64,000 nucleotides of DNA from an uncultured delta proteobacterium (GCA_963771465.1 CAVYTU010000008.1:192001-256000), one strand, 5' to 3'. Positions 19,020 through 29,860 are shown, counted from the stretch's first letter. Notes: generated by a model not told the origin, from the letters alone. Translations and numbers: made by a program.

Positions 19020-19172
19020 CAAATTCGAAGCACGAATTTCGAAACTCGAAACAAATTCAAAACCTAGAAATGTCAAAAATGGAATTTAGTGTTTTTTGAG
19101 CTTGCGTTTTGGATTTTGATATTGTTTCGGTCCGCGCGGCTTCTTCGAGCTTCGGATTTCGGATTTTCGAAC
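19020..19172. repeat. Intergenic inverted heptamer-repeat element
   Basis: aattcgaagcacgaatttcgaaactcgaaaca faces tgtttcg...ttcggatttcggattttcgaa. Confidence 0.7.
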
Positions 19173-19196
19173 CTACTAAAAGGCAAACGACCAAAC

Positions 19197-20168
19197 ATGG
19201 GCAAACTGTTTTTGACCACACTTGCTGCCGCAGTAGTATTACTCTCCACTCCGAATGCACGCACCGCAACGCCACTAGAGAATATCAAAGTATCCTACGC
19301 CGTGCTGAGCGCGGCCTACATGGATCATGTCACCGCGATGGAGAAAGGTTATTTCCGCGACGAAGGCCTCAATGTCGAAGTACTGCGCATGGGCGGCGGC
19401 GTTGCCACCCCTGCCCTGCTTTCTGGCCAGTTGCACTTTAGCAGCTCCGCCGGTTCATCGCTGAGTGCCGCGGTGCGCGGCGGGCCGGTGAAAATCGTTT
19501 ACACGAACTTATCCCGGCCCAGTTATTATCTGGTCGCGACCAATCCAAACATCGCCACGGCGAAGGATTTGATCGGCAAGAAAGTCGTCATCAATAGTTT
19601 CGGCGACACCGGCCACCTATCGACGATACTTTATTTGAAAAAATACGGCATCAATCCGTCCTCTATACTATTCATCACCGTCGGTAGGAACGAAGTGCGA
19701 CTGCCCGCGCTGATGTCCGGCGCAGTCGACGCGACGCCGCTCGCGCCGCGCGAGTTGGTGAAGCTGGGGTTGCAGAAGCAAAAAGTTTTGGCCGATCTCG
19801 GCAAAGAGATCCAACTCGTTTGGAATGGCGTCGCAGTATCAAATAGACTTCTGGCAGAAAATCCCGCGCTGGTTGAGCGCTTTCTCCGGGCGATTGTAAA
19901 AGGCCGCGAATTCGCCCGGCGCAATCGCGACGAAACCATCGCGATCATCGGCAAGCACGATCCGTCACCGATCGAAGGACTGCGAGCTGACTATGAAGTC
20001 ACCAAAGGCAGTATGACCGACGAAGGCTGGCTGCCCGACGATATCCTGCGCGAAGAAGTTAACATTCGCGCCGAACTCACCAAGGTCGCCGTGCCGGCAA
20101 ATCCGCTCGGCATGTACGACTACAGCATCGTCAAGAAAATTTACGGCCAGTTGAAAACAGGCCGGTGA
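19197..20168 (+). CDS. NMT1/THI5/SsuA-like ABC substrate-binding protein
   Basis: Signal peptide, EKGYFRDEGLNVE, DLIGKKV, NPALVERFLRA. Confidence 0.9.
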   Translation: MGKLFLTTLAAAVVLLSTPNARTATPLENIKVSYAVLSAAYMDHVTAMEKGYFRDEGLNVEVLRMGGGVATPALLSGQLHFSSSAGSSLSAAVRGGPVKIVYTNLSRPSYYLVATNPNIATAKDLIGKKVVINSFGDTGHLSTILYLKKYGINPSSILFITVGRNEVRLPALMSGAVDATPLAPRELVKLGLQKQKVLADLGKEIQLVWNGVAVSNRLLAENPALVERFLRAIVKGREFARRNRDETIAIIGKHDPSPIEGLRADYEVTKGSMTDEGWLPDDILREEVNIRAELTKVAVPANPLGMYDYSIVKKIYGQLKTGR

Positions 20169-20219
20169 ATTTCGTAAGGATATCCGGTGGCAATCGCGGT
20201 CAGCTTACCCCGCTCTCAA

Positions 20220-20365
20220 ATGATTCGCCGGTCCATCGTCGTCTTGTGCATTGCGACGACGATCTCCGTCTGCGCTTGATCTCACCGAGGCGCAGCACTC
20301 TACGAAAATCCCGCGCATCGGTTAACGTCTCGGGAACCGGCAATGCAACCAATCAGGACCCGTGA
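20220..20365 (+). pseudogene. 5' fragment of an ABC_sub_bind (COG2984-like) gene
   Basis: Removing two extra bases gives MIRRSIVVLCIATTISVCA/DLTEAQHSTKIPRIG/YVSGTGNATNQDP, the same signal + AQ..K.PRIG start as the downstream paralogs. The rest of the gene is absent. Confidence 0.6.
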
Positions 20366-20410
20366 AGACATGAGACAGGACGGATCGGACACGAGGCAAA
20401 GAGACAAACT

Positions 20411-21405
20411 ATGAGTAAGAAAATATTTGTTGTGCCAATTGCAACTCTCTTTCTAGCAACTACGTCACTGAGCCAGGCTCAGCAGCCAATGAAAATTTCT
20501 CGCATCAGCTACTTACAGGCGGAGCCACACCCTCCTCAACTTCTTCTTCGGACACTGGCATAGGAGCCTTCCGCCAAGGGTTACGTGAACTCGGCTATAT
20601 CGAAGGAAAGAACATTATCATCGAATACCGAGGCGCGGACGGGAAGATGGAGCGCATGCCAGAACTCATCGCCGAACTGATCGGCCTTGGCGTGAGTGTC
20701 ATTGTAACCTCCGGCATGCCCGCGGTCATCGCCGCTAAGAAAGCGACGAGCACGATCCCGATCGTCGCGGCCAATGCGGATAACTTAGTAAACGCAGGAG
20801 TTGTCGCCAGTCTCGCCCATCCGGGTGGAAACGTCACGGGCATGACTAGAGTCGACGCGGACTTTAGCGCAAAGCGGCTCCAACTCCTGAAAGAGAGTCT
20901 TCCTAAGCTGTCTCGCGTCGCGGTACTTTCCCATGGCTCCATGGGCGGCGATGAAGAAGAACTTCAGGAGATTGAGACTGCGGCCCGGAAGTTAGCGATC
21001 CAGGTGCAACCCTTCCCAACCGATGATCCAAGCCATTTTCCCGGCGCCTTCGCCGAGATGAGAAAGAAGCGCGCCGATGCGCTGATTTTCCTGTCAAGTA
21101 GCTTCACCCAGTTCCACCGAAAGCAACTCATCGAGCTTGCGACGAAGAATCGGCTCCCTACCATGTGCGCCAACACCGCGTGGATCGACGCAGGTTGCCT
21201 CATTGCCTATGGCCCCAAGATTTCAGAGCTGTACCGGCGCGCCGCGGTTTTTGTCGACAAGATTTTGAAGGGCGCCAAGCCCGCCGATCTGCCGGTCGAG
21301 CAGCCGATGAGATTCGACTTCGTCATCAATCTAAAAGCAGCAAAAGCATTCAACTTAACGATTCCTCAGTCCGTGCTGTTCCGCGCGGACAAGGTAATTC
21401 AGTGA
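20411..21405 (+). pseudogene. ABC_sub_bind (COG2984-like) substrate-binding protein, frameshifted near 20515
   Basis: The signal-peptide frame (MSKKIFVV...AQQPMKISRISYL) stops at 20563. The body (AFRQGLRELGYIEGKN...PADLPVEQP...RADKVIQ) is in another frame. Confidence 0.75.
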
Positions 21406-21436
21406 AGAACGACACAAAAGTCGCGAGAGAATTAAG

Positions 21437-22414
21437 ATGACAAGACAAATTTTTGCTTTGGCTCTCAGTGTTTTACTCGTAGCACTCAATGGGCCGAGGC
21501 AGGCAGGAGCATCGGAAAGAATTCTCTCGCGTCGGCATTCTTTTTATCGGCGGCAAAGATCAACCGCATCTCGAATCATTCAAGCAGGGTTTACGCGAGC
21601 GCGGTTACACGGAGGGTAAAAACATTATCCTCATATACCGTTACGCTGAAGGCAAAGGAGAACGGCTTGCCGATCTCGCCGCCGAGCTCGTGCGCGAGAA
21701 GGTCGATGTCATCGTCACGACCGCGTCGAGCAGCGCTCTGGCGGCTCGACGGGTTACCCAAACGCTGCCCATCGTCATGACCACCGGCAATCCGCTCGCG
21801 CCCGGGCTCGCTGACAGCTTGGCGAAGCCCGGCGGAAACGTCACGGGCTTGAGCGTGATGCCAACCGACTTGAGCGTTAAACGGCTAGAGCTGCTTAAAG
21901 AATCCTTCCCAAAAAACACTCGCATCGCGGTGCTATGGAGTCCACGCGATCGCGAAGCAGGAAACCAATTTAAAGAGACCGCCGAGGCCGCCAAAATTTT
22001 GTCCTTACATTTGCATCCGCTGGAAATAAAGTCAGCCGATGACATCGACCGAGCGTTCCAAGCGATGACCAAGGCCCGCGACCAAGCGATTATCATAATT
22101 TTGTCGCCGCTCGTGACACTCAACTCGAAGCGAATTGTCGAGCTCGCACTCAAACATCGCCTGCCGGGAATCTATCCGACCGAACAATTTGTCGAGGAAG
22201 GCGGCCTGATGTCCTACGGCCCGTCGATCGCAGACCTGTACCGTCGCGCCGCGACGTACGTGGACAAAATTCTCAAAGGGACCAAGACCCAGCCGATCTG
22301 CCGATCGAGCAGCCGATGAAGTTCGAGTTCATCGTCAACTTAAAAGCCGCCAAGCAGATCGGCGTGACGGTTCCGCCGAATGTGTTGGTGCGGGCGGATA
22401 AAGTGATTAGATAA
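21437..22414 (+). pseudogene. ABC_sub_bind (COG2984-like) substrate-binding protein, frameshifted near 21500 and 22287-22291
   Basis: The signal MTRQIFALALSVLL is out of frame with RVGILF...FKQGLRERGY. acc aag A ccc A gcc gat breaks KGTKPADLP; the conserved tail ends at TAA 22414. Confidence 0.75.
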
Positions 22415-22466
22415 AACGGGTAAGAATGAGAGTGAAAAAAACAAAATAAATGGAGACATGATGTGA

Positions 22467-23436
22467 ATGATAAATTATGCCATTTGGCTACTGGCGGGTT
22501 TGTTTCTAGTAACCGTTTCCCTGCCACGCGCAACAGCCAACAAAATGCCACGCTTAGGCATTATTCTTTATAGCACACCGGAAGACCGACCCGAGCGTCG
22601 CGACTTTTCGCCAAATCATGCGCGACCTCGGCTACACCGAGGGGCAAAACCTTTCGGTGGAGTATCGTTTCGCTGGCGGCAAACCCGAGCGGCTTACGGA
22701 AGTCGCCGCTGATCTGGTGCGGCTTAGTCCCGATGTGATTTTTGCCCTCGGCGGCGACGTTGTGCCCGCAGCACAGAAGGCAACTAAGACGATTCCTATC
22801 GTCATGTTAGTGAGCAACGACCCGGTGCGAACCGGAATTGTCGGCAGTCTGGCCCATCCTGGCGGCAACATTACCGGTGTCACACTTATTCTCGATGAAT
22901 TGGCGGGTAAACGATTGGCGCTATTAAAAGAAATCGCGCCGCGAATTTCTCGCGTGGCGGTGCTGTGGAATCCCGATCACGCGGATCCCGAGTATCGTGA
23001 AATTCAAAGCGCGGCTCAGGCCATGAAAGTACGATTGCAATCGCTGCAAGTCCGGCGAGGCGAGGATTTCGACAGCCAATTTCATGCCGCCACGAAAGCG
23101 AAATCCCAAGCTCTCATCGTGGTCTCGTCAAGACTGATTAATTTTCAACGGCAACGCATTTTAGATAACGCGGCAAAGAGTCGCATACCACTGATCGGCG
23201 ACTGGGGCTCCTGGGCTCCCGATGGCGCTTTAATGTCCTACGGTCCAAACGTCGCCCAGATGTTACGGCGCGTTGCGGTCCACGTCGACAAGATTCTCAA
23301 GGGCACCAAACCGACGGACATTCCGGTGGAGCGTCCGACGAAGTTTGAGCTGGTCATCAATCTTAATGCGGCGAAAGCGATCGGCCTGACGGTTCCTCCA
23401 AACGTGCTGGTGCGGGCGGACAAAGTGATAAGATAA
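22467..23436 (+). pseudogene. ABC_sub_bind (COG2984-like) substrate-binding protein, frameshifted near 22582
   Basis: MINYAIWLL...KMPRLGIILYSTPE, then a shift to TDPSVATFRQIMRDLGYTEGQN...RADKVIR. Confidence 0.75.
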
Positions 23437-23464
23437 CGGTGCTGAGTACTAAGTAACGAGGGGA

Positions 23465-23561
23465 GTCCATTCGGACTCGCCTGGATTCCCGCTTAAAGCA
23501 TGCGGGAATGACGGACTTCGGAAAGGAAGTTCGCTTAACGCAGCAATCCGCGGGGAATCGA
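23465..23561. repeat. Second, 5'-truncated copy of the REP/MITE-like element
   Basis: Near-identical to 5910-6006 (core cggactcgcctggattcccgcttaaagcatgcgggaatgacggacttcgg). It sits between inverted gtgctgagtact.. and ..ctcagaactcgtcactc arms. Confidence 0.85.
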
Positions 23562-23609
23562 TACTCCGCACTCAGAACTCGTCACTCAATACTTTAGCGG
23601 GAAAGAACG

Positions 23610-24593
23610 ATGAAAAATATCGTGAGGCTAATTCTAATCATCGCAGGGATTCTTGTAGCTGTCGTCGTCAGGCGCAGCAATCGACGAAAGTCCCGCGCAT
23701 AGGAATTATTACAACGGGCTACCCCTGCCGCGTTCGCGCACCTTCTTGAGGGGTTCAAGCAAGGGTTGCGCGAGCGTGGCTACGTGGAGGGACAAAATGT
23801 CCTCTTGGAAATCCGCTACGCTGAGGGAAAGGCGGATCAGCTGCCAATCCTCGCCGCCGAATTGGTCCGTCTGAAAGTCAATGTCATCGTCGCGATTCCT
23901 AATTCTGCCATCGAGATTGTCCGGCAAGCGACGCAGACAATTCCGATCGTCATGCCGATCGGCTCCGATCCAGTTGGAATCGGATTTGCCGCTAGCCTGG
24001 CTCGACCAGGCGGAAACATAACGGGGCTGAGCGCTTATTCCCCGGAACTCAATGGCAAACGGCTGGAACTTCTTAAAGAAACTGTTCCCAAGCTTTACCG
24101 GGTGGCTCTACTCATGAGTCCAAATGTCCCAGGAAACGCTATCGATCTAAAAGAGACGGAGTTGGCAGCTCAGTCCCTCCGACTTCGTAGTCAATTGTTC
24201 GAGGTGCGAGGTTCCGCCGACTTGGACAGTATCTTTAAGACTATAACCAAAGCGCGCGCCGAGGCATTGCTCGTGTACCCCGGTCAACCGACTTTGTTTG
24301 CGAACCGCAAACAGATCGTGGAACTCGCGGCAAAGAATCGCCTGCCGGCGATGTATCCGCTGGCGGATTACGTCAACGCCGGCGGCCTCATCTCCTATGG
24401 GGTGAATAATCTTGATCTTTTCCGGCGCGCGGCGACCTACGTAGACAAGATTCTAAAGGGGACCAAGCCCGCCGACCTGCCGATCGAGCAACCGATGAAG
24501 TTCGATTTCATCGTCAATTTAAAAGCCGCCAAACAGATCGGCTTGACCGTTCCGCCGAACGTGCTGGTAAGAGCAGATCGAGTAATCCGATAA
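23610..24593 (+). pseudogene. ABC_sub_bind (COG2984-like) substrate-binding protein, two frameshifts near 23668 and 23722
   Basis: MKNIVRLILII.., QAQQSTKVPRIGIITTGY and PAAFAHLLEGFKQGLRERGY are joined only by two frame changes. The body is intact to RADRVIR. Confidence 0.75.
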
Positions 24594-24648
24594 AACAAAC
24601 TTGGCATCTGCATGCCTAAAGTGGGTGTACACCATAGGATGATATCCC

Positions 24649-25647
24649 ATGCGAGTCAGTGATTATGTGCGCGACACTCTCAGTTCAAAGAGTGCCTTCT
24701 TCGCTCTGACTCTCGTTTTAACCATGACTGGTTTTGCCTTTGCGCAAGCTCAACCGATACGCATCGGCATATTGGGGCCTGACGAGGAGCCGCGATTTTC
24801 TGAATTGGTCGGCGGCCTGAAACAGGGACTGAAAGACCACGGTTATTCGGCTACTTCCATGGAAATCTTGGAGGCTCGCGTAACCAGAGGCGATCAGCCG
24901 GGCGCGCGCAGCGCCGTTGAAGGGCTCCTGCGGCGTCAAGTGAAAATGCTTTTCGTCATCGGCTCGGAGCTGGCGAAACTGGCGCGCCAGGTCTCGAGTG
25001 AAATTCAAATTGTCTTTTTGACCCCGGGAGATCCGGTTGCCGCCGGTGTCGTATCCAGCCTGGCTCATCCCGGCGGCAACATGACCGCCATGACTTTCGA
25101 GTTTCCCGAGCTTTCCGGCAAACGTCTCGAGCTGTTGAAAGAAACGGTCCCACGCAGGCAACGAGTGGTTATTATTTACGATCCGCGCGACGCCTCGCCA
25201 ATGCAAGGAGTCGCGGTGGCCCGCTCCGCCGCACCGAGTTTGTCAGTGCGGCTACGCGAACAAGCCGTTCGCAATCGAGAAGAATTGACACGCGCCTTGA
25301 ATTCGTTGAATCGGTCCGAAGTGATACTCGGTATTCCGGGCGGATTTCCCTCCAGCCACTTTGCGGAAATAATTCGCGCCGCCAACACCAAGAAAGTTGC
25401 CACCATGTTTCATTCACATACCGCAGCCACGCTGGACGCGCTTGCAAGCTATGGCGCCAACGATGCAAACATCGCCCGACAGGCCGCGCGTCTAGTCGAC
25501 AAGATTCTCAAGGGTACAAACGCAGGCGACATTCCCGTCGAACGGCCGCTGAAATTGGAGTTTGTAATCAATCTAAAAACCGCCAAACAGATCGGTTTGA
25601 CGATTCCGCCGAACGTCTTAGTGCGGGCGGATCGAGTGATTCGATAA
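24649..25647 (+). CDS. ABC_sub_bind (COG2984-like) substrate-binding protein, intact
   Basis: Single frame: signal, [70 protein letters not shown]. Confidence 0.92.
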   Translation: MRVSDYVRDTLSSKSAFFALTLVLTMTGFAFAQAQPIRIGILGPDEEPRFSELVGGLKQGLKDHGYSATSMEILEARVTRGDQPGARSAVEGLLRRQVKMLFVIGSELAKLARQVSSEIQIVFLTPGDPVAAGVVSSLAHPGGNMTAMTFEFPELSGKRLELLKETVPRRQRVVIIYDPRDASPMQGVAVARSAAPSLSVRLREQAVRNREELTRALNSLNRSEVILGIPGGFPSSHFAEIIRAANTKKVATMFHSHTAATLDALASYGANDANIARQAARLVDKILKGTNAGDIPVERPLKLEFVINLKTAKQIGLTIPPNVLVRADRVIR

Positions 25648-25709
25648 TTTAAAATTTCAATCACGCTGCCGGAGGCGTGAGTAAAATTCGAGATTTAGCT
25701 TAATGAAAG

Positions 25710-26663
25710 CTACCTTGACAGCGCCGGGCGGATTTCGTTTAGCAGCATGCGCGCTTGGCCGCGCACGTCGTCGGAGGCGACGCGCGCGATGATCGTCGTC
25801 AGGCCGGCGTCGACGTAGTCTTTCAACAATCGCACGCAATCTTCGGGTGTGCCGAAGATCGTGAAATGGTGGCCGAGTTTAGCTCTCGGTTCGCCAAAGA
25901 AGTTTTCCATCCACCGCCAGCCTTCTTCCTTGGCCTTTTCCACGTCGTTTAGAATATTGAACGTTGCGTAAAGCGTCGTCGCTTGGAGTTTTCCCACGCG
26001 GTCAAATTCACTAGCATAGCGATCAATCCGTTCGCGCGCGCCGGTGAATCTTTCCAAAGTCGGCGCCAGCGTCACCCAACCGTCGCCGAGCCGGGCGACG
26101 CGTTTGAAGCCGGTCTCGTTTTTATCGGCGGCGATCCAGATGGGAATTCCCGGCTGTTGCACTGGATGCGGCAGAATTCCAACGTCGCGCAATGTGAAGT
26201 AACGGCCCTCGTAGTCGATCTTCGGCTCGCTCCACAGCCGGCGCATGATTTCGATCGTCTCGCCCAGTCTGCCCGCCTTTTCCTGCGGCGGCACGCCGCA
26301 GGCGGCAAACTGGCGCTGAATGTAATCGCGCACCGGACCGACACTCACGCCGAGAATGATTCGGCCATTGGAAATCACGTCGATCGTCGCCAGCGCGTGG
26401 GCGAGGAGCACTGGATTGCGCAGAGCCGGCAACATCGGCACGATGCCGAGGCGAATCTTGCTGGTGCGCGCTGCCAAGGCCGCCAATGTGGTCAAGCAAT
26501 CGCCGCGCGCTTTGTCCAGGACCGTGACGCTGTCGCCGAGCCAGACATGATCGAAGTCCAGTTCCTCGGCTTCGGCAGCTTCAGCCCAGAGATGCGCAAA
26601 ACTCTTCGCCGCATCTTCCCCACGGATCAACTGGCGGGTGTGTAAAAGCAAACCTATCTCCAT
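25710..26663 (-). CDS. LLM-class (luciferase-like) flavin-dependent oxidoreductase
   Basis: FDHVWLGDS, ARTSKIRLG, RNPVLLA, DVISNGR, RVARLGDGW. Confidence 0.93.
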   Translation of the reverse strand: MEIGLLLHTRQLIRGEDAAKSFAHLWAEAAEAEELDFDHVWLGDSVTVLDKARGDCLTTLAALAARTSKIRLGIVPMLPALRNPVLLAHALATIDVISNGRIILGVSVGPVRDYIQRQFAACGVPPQEKAGRLGETIEIMRRLWSEPKIDYEGRYFTLRDVGILPHPVQQPGIPIWIAADKNETGFKRVARLGDGWVTLAPTLERFTGARERIDRYASEFDRVGKLQATTLYATFNILNDVEKAKEEGWRWMENFFGEPRAKLGHHFTIFGTPEDCVRLLKDYVDAGLTTIIARVASDDVRGQARMLLNEIRPALSR

Positions 26664-26710
26664 CGTCAACTCTCTACCTCAAGTCGTGTAAGGAGTAATA
26701 GTCGGGAGCC

Positions 26711-26740
26711 TCTGACGTCTGACCTCTGAGGTCTGACCTC
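26711..26740. repeat. Short tandem heptamer repeat (TCTGACC-like, 4 copies)
   Basis: tctgacg tctgacc tctgagg tctgacc. Confidence 0.7.
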
Positions 26741-27760
26741 TCACCCTTTACTCCCCGCCTTCAGCACCTTATCCCAGCCCGCTTCGCGCAACTCCTTGTA
26801 AACTTCACGGGTGAAGCGGAAGTCGAATATCTGTTCTGCAGGCACGTCTTTCTGAACGTTGAGCATGCGCTTGGCGATCTCGATGTCGGATCTCTGCGTC
26901 TCGAGATCTTCCGTGCCGTCGGCGGTCATCATTTCCATGGTCGCATCGTAGTCGGCGCTGCGCACGTCATCGGGCGATTTGTCATATTTTTTACCCAATG
27001 CTAGCACCTGGGTCTTATTACGTTTAACGAACTCGCGGCCCTTTACCGTCGCGCGCAAAAATCGCCGCACCAAGTCGGGCCGTTTGACAATCATCTCTTC
27101 CGAGGCCGCCAGGCCTGTGTAAAGCATCTTGATTTCTTTACCGATGTTCACCACTTCGTGCACGGGAAAGCCACGCGTCTGCATGCGCAACGAATCGGCG
27201 AAACCCAACACTGCCGAGTCCACGGTTTTGGCCGCCAGCGAAGTCACCCGCCCGCCGGTGCCGAGCGCCACCCAGATCACGTCGCGCACCGGGTCCATAC
27301 CGTGCTTGCGCAGCATGAGATTGGCCGCGCCTTCCATGGTATCGCCGCGCGACGCGATGCCGATCCCTTTGCCGCGCAGATCGGGAACTTTGCGGATGTC
27401 GTCGCGCCAGCTGAGTATCTTGTAGAGGGGCCGATCGAGATTGACGTAAACGACTTTGAGCTTGATGCCGCGCAGGCTCGCATTGAGCGACGACCCGGAC
27501 GACGTGCTGAAATGGAGATCGCCGGCGACCAATGCCTGGGTCGCCAGACCTCCGGGCATGACGATGATCTCGACGTTCAAGCCCTCGTCGCGGTAATACC
27601 CCAACTCCTTGGCGACAAAGTGCGGATAATAGATCACACCAAAGCTGGCAAACGACACCCGGAGATTTTCCAAGTTAGGCGTCTGGGCTAAACCAGGCGC
27701 CGGACAAATGGCTAGCCCAAGCGAAGTAATAATCTGCAGCAAGAAAACTTTCAGCTTCAT
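26741..27760 (-). CDS. NMT1/THI5/SsuA-like ABC substrate-binding protein
   Basis: Signal peptide, ELGYYRDEGLNVE, DLRGKGIGI, RPDLVRRFLRA. Confidence 0.9.
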   Translation of the reverse strand: MKLKVFLLQIITSLGLAICPAPGLAQTPNLENLRVSFASFGVIYYPHFVAKELGYYRDEGLNVEIIVMPGGLATQALVAGDLHFSTSSGSSLNASLRGIKLKVVYVNLDRPLYKILSWRDDIRKVPDLRGKGIGIASRGDTMEGAANLMLRKHGMDPVRDVIWVALGTGGRVTSLAAKTVDSAVLGFADSLRMQTRGFPVHEVVNIGKEIKMLYTGLAASEEMIVKRPDLVRRFLRATVKGREFVKRNKTQVLALGKKYDKSPDDVRSADYDATMEMMTADGTEDLETQRSDIEIAKRMLNVQKDVPAEQIFDFRFTREVYKELREAGWDKVLKAGSKG

Positions 27761-27868
27761 CAGGTTAAGATTTGCATAACTTGCGCATGCACTCAAACAC
27801 GAGTTAGTGCGCGCGACTTGTCACGATTCCGTTGCTGCGATATACACCGGGTTTGAGGAGATCAGCTC

Positions 27869-28765
27869 ATGTCACATTCAAATCCGATCACTTTGGAGCG
27901 CATCGATCACGGCGTCTTACCGTCCAACGACCTGGGCCGGGCATTTCGCTTCTGGTCGTCATTCATGGGCGGACAGATCGGTCATCACACCAACCTGAAC
28001 GTACGCGGCCTCAACCGCGAAGTGCCGATGATCATCTTTATGACAGTGGCCAATCACCGCGGCTTTGGTCTCGCCTTGCAGGACTTTCGCATCTCGCCAA
28101 ACCCGACGCGCCGTTTGGATGGCGTCGTCTGGGGTTTTGAAGTTGCCGACGACAATCTCGCCGCCGCCACTGCCGAAGCGGAAAAGCACAAGCTGCGTTT
28201 CGAGCGCTTCGCCGACTATCCGGCGTCGAGCCCGATCAAAGAATCGCTCTTCATCCTCGATCCCGACGGCAACACGGTGGAGTTATGCACTCGTAACCAG
28301 CCGTCCGGACAAGCGCCGCAAGCCGGACCAGTTCCGCTGCGGCGCATCAGCCATGTGCGCATCGAAGTGACCGATCTGGAACAAGCGCGCGATTGGTACG
28401 GCAACACCTTCGGACTCAATGTCGGCGCGCAAGTGCCGGGCGAAAACCAACTGACGATGACAGTCGCCAAATCCAATCAGTTGGTCATTTTGCGCGACGT
28501 CGACAAAGTCGCCGATCGCAGCACGCAGTGTTTCAAGGGACCGCATATCGACCTGCGCTCAGACGAATCGTCTTACCCGGAAATGCTCAAACGCTTTAAC
28601 CGCAAAGAAACCTACTGGGGCCCAGATCCCGATCTCATCCCCTGGCATGAGCCGGATGCCAACACCGCCTACGGCTACGATCCCTTCGGCAACCGCATTC
28701 AGATCGGCATCGTCGCCAAGCGCCCGATGCACCACGGCGATATCGCGCGCTTTCGCACTCAATAG
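27869..28765 (+). CDS. Two-domain VOC family protein (extradiol dioxygenase/glyoxalase fold)
   Basis: GAGGAG RBS. IDHGVL..DPDGNTVEL and ISHVRIEV..DPFGNRIQI repeats. Confidence 0.88.
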   Translation: MSHSNPITLERIDHGVLPSNDLGRAFRFWSSFMGGQIGHHTNLNVRGLNREVPMIIFMTVANHRGFGLALQDFRISPNPTRRLDGVVWGFEVADDNLAAATAEAEKHKLRFERFADYPASSPIKESLFILDPDGNTVELCTRNQPSGQAPQAGPVPLRRISHVRIEVTDLEQARDWYGNTFGLNVGAQVPGENQLTMTVAKSNQLVILRDVDKVADRSTQCFKGPHIDLRSDESSYPEMLKRFNRKETYWGPDPDLIPWHEPDANTAYGYDPFGNRIQIGIVAKRPMHHGDIARFRTQ

Positions 28766-28834
28766 AATTAGCCGCCACCAACGCAAAGAAAAAATCAGAT
28801 GCCGGACTTGGCGTCTTTGTGAGTTAGCGCAAGG

Positions 28835-29839
28835 ATGCCCCGAATCGATATGGTTCTAATGCAAATTCCAGTCATGCTTGGCGCAGCATTGGTCTACACG
28901 CTGTCCGCGGCGCAAATCCTGGGCGCGGCGGAAGAAAAAATCCGTTTTTCCGTCGCTGCCGTCACCGCTAGCTATATGGACGAGTTCGTCGCCATCGAAA
29001 AAGGTTACCACCGCGACGAAGGCCTTACCGTGGAAATGATCCGCGCCGGCGGCGGCATCGCGACTCAAGCGCTGATGGCCGGCGATCTTCACTTCAGCAC
29101 GTCTGCCGGTTCCGCGCTGAGCGCCATGCTGCGCGGCGCGGAGATCAAAGTCATCTATACCAACATCGACCGTCCCGGCTATCAGCTGTGGTCGGGACAT
29201 GGCGAGATCAAGCAGTTAAAAGACTTGGTCGGCAAGCGCGTCGGCGTCACCAGCCGCGGCGACACGCAAGAACTGTCGGTGCGCTTACTCTTGCGCAAAT
29301 ATGGCGTCGATGCCAACTCAGTCGCTTACATTCCTGTCGGTTTCGGTGCCCAGCGTTTGGCCGCGCTCCAAGCGGGTTCAGTGGACGCGGTGCCACTCGG
29401 CGCCGCGGACTTTGCCCAATTGAAGCAGCCCAAGGGCCACATGCTCGGCGACACGGAGAAAGAAATTCGCTTCGCTTACGTCGGTCTGGCGGTTTCCAGC
29501 CGGCTGCTGGCGCGCCAGCCAAACTTGGTCGAAAAGTTTCTCCGCAGCGTGATCAAAGGGCGCGAATACGCCAAGCGCTACCGCGAGCAAACCATCCCGA
29601 TCATTGGCAAGCATACCCAGCGCAGACGCGAGTTCAACGAAATCGATTACGATTCCACCCTGCCAGTGTTGACACCGGATGGTTCTGTGGGGGATGAGAT
29701 ACTAAAAGAGGACGTCGCCATGCGCGCCGAGTTTGTCGGCGTGGCGGCGCCGAGCGATTACAGCAAATATTTCGATTACACGATCGTAAAGAAAGTTTAC
29801 CGCGAGCTGAAAACGACCGGATGGAAGCCGACGCCGTGA
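28835..29839 (+). CDS. NMT1/THI5/SsuA-like ABC substrate-binding protein
   Basis: EKGYHRDEGLTVE, DLVGKRVGV, QPNLVEKFLRS; paralog of the genes at 19197 and 26741. Confidence 0.9.
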   Translation: MPRIDMVLMQIPVMLGAALVYTLSAAQILGAAEEKIRFSVAAVTASYMDEFVAIEKGYHRDEGLTVEMIRAGGGIATQALMAGDLHFSTSAGSALSAMLRGAEIKVIYTNIDRPGYQLWSGHGEIKQLKDLVGKRVGVTSRGDTQELSVRLLLRKYGVDANSVAYIPVGFGAQRLAALQAGSVDAVPLGAADFAQLKQPKGHMLGDTEKEIRFAYVGLAVSSRLLARQPNLVEKFLRSVIKGREYAKRYREQTIPIIGKHTQRRREFNEIDYDSTLPVLTPDGSVGDEILKEDVAMRAEFVGVAAPSDYSKYFDYTIVKKVYRELKTTGWKPTP

Positions 29840-29860
29840 GGCAAAATCAGAGAAGAACAC

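Noticed and set aside
19089-19196. N-terminal extension of the NMT1 ORF and small ORFs at 19057-19288
   Set aside because: They are translations of the heptamer-repeat element; the signal peptide begins at ATG 19197.
20411-23760. Classical simple-sequence-repeat phase variation or programmed frameshifting
   Set aside because: The frameshift sites are not in long homopolymer or dinucleotide tracts and share no obvious slippery motif.
20220-25647. Diversity-generating retroelement or integron as the explanation for the SBP array
   Set aside because: No reverse transcriptase, template/variable repeat pair, integron integrase or regular attC sites are visible.
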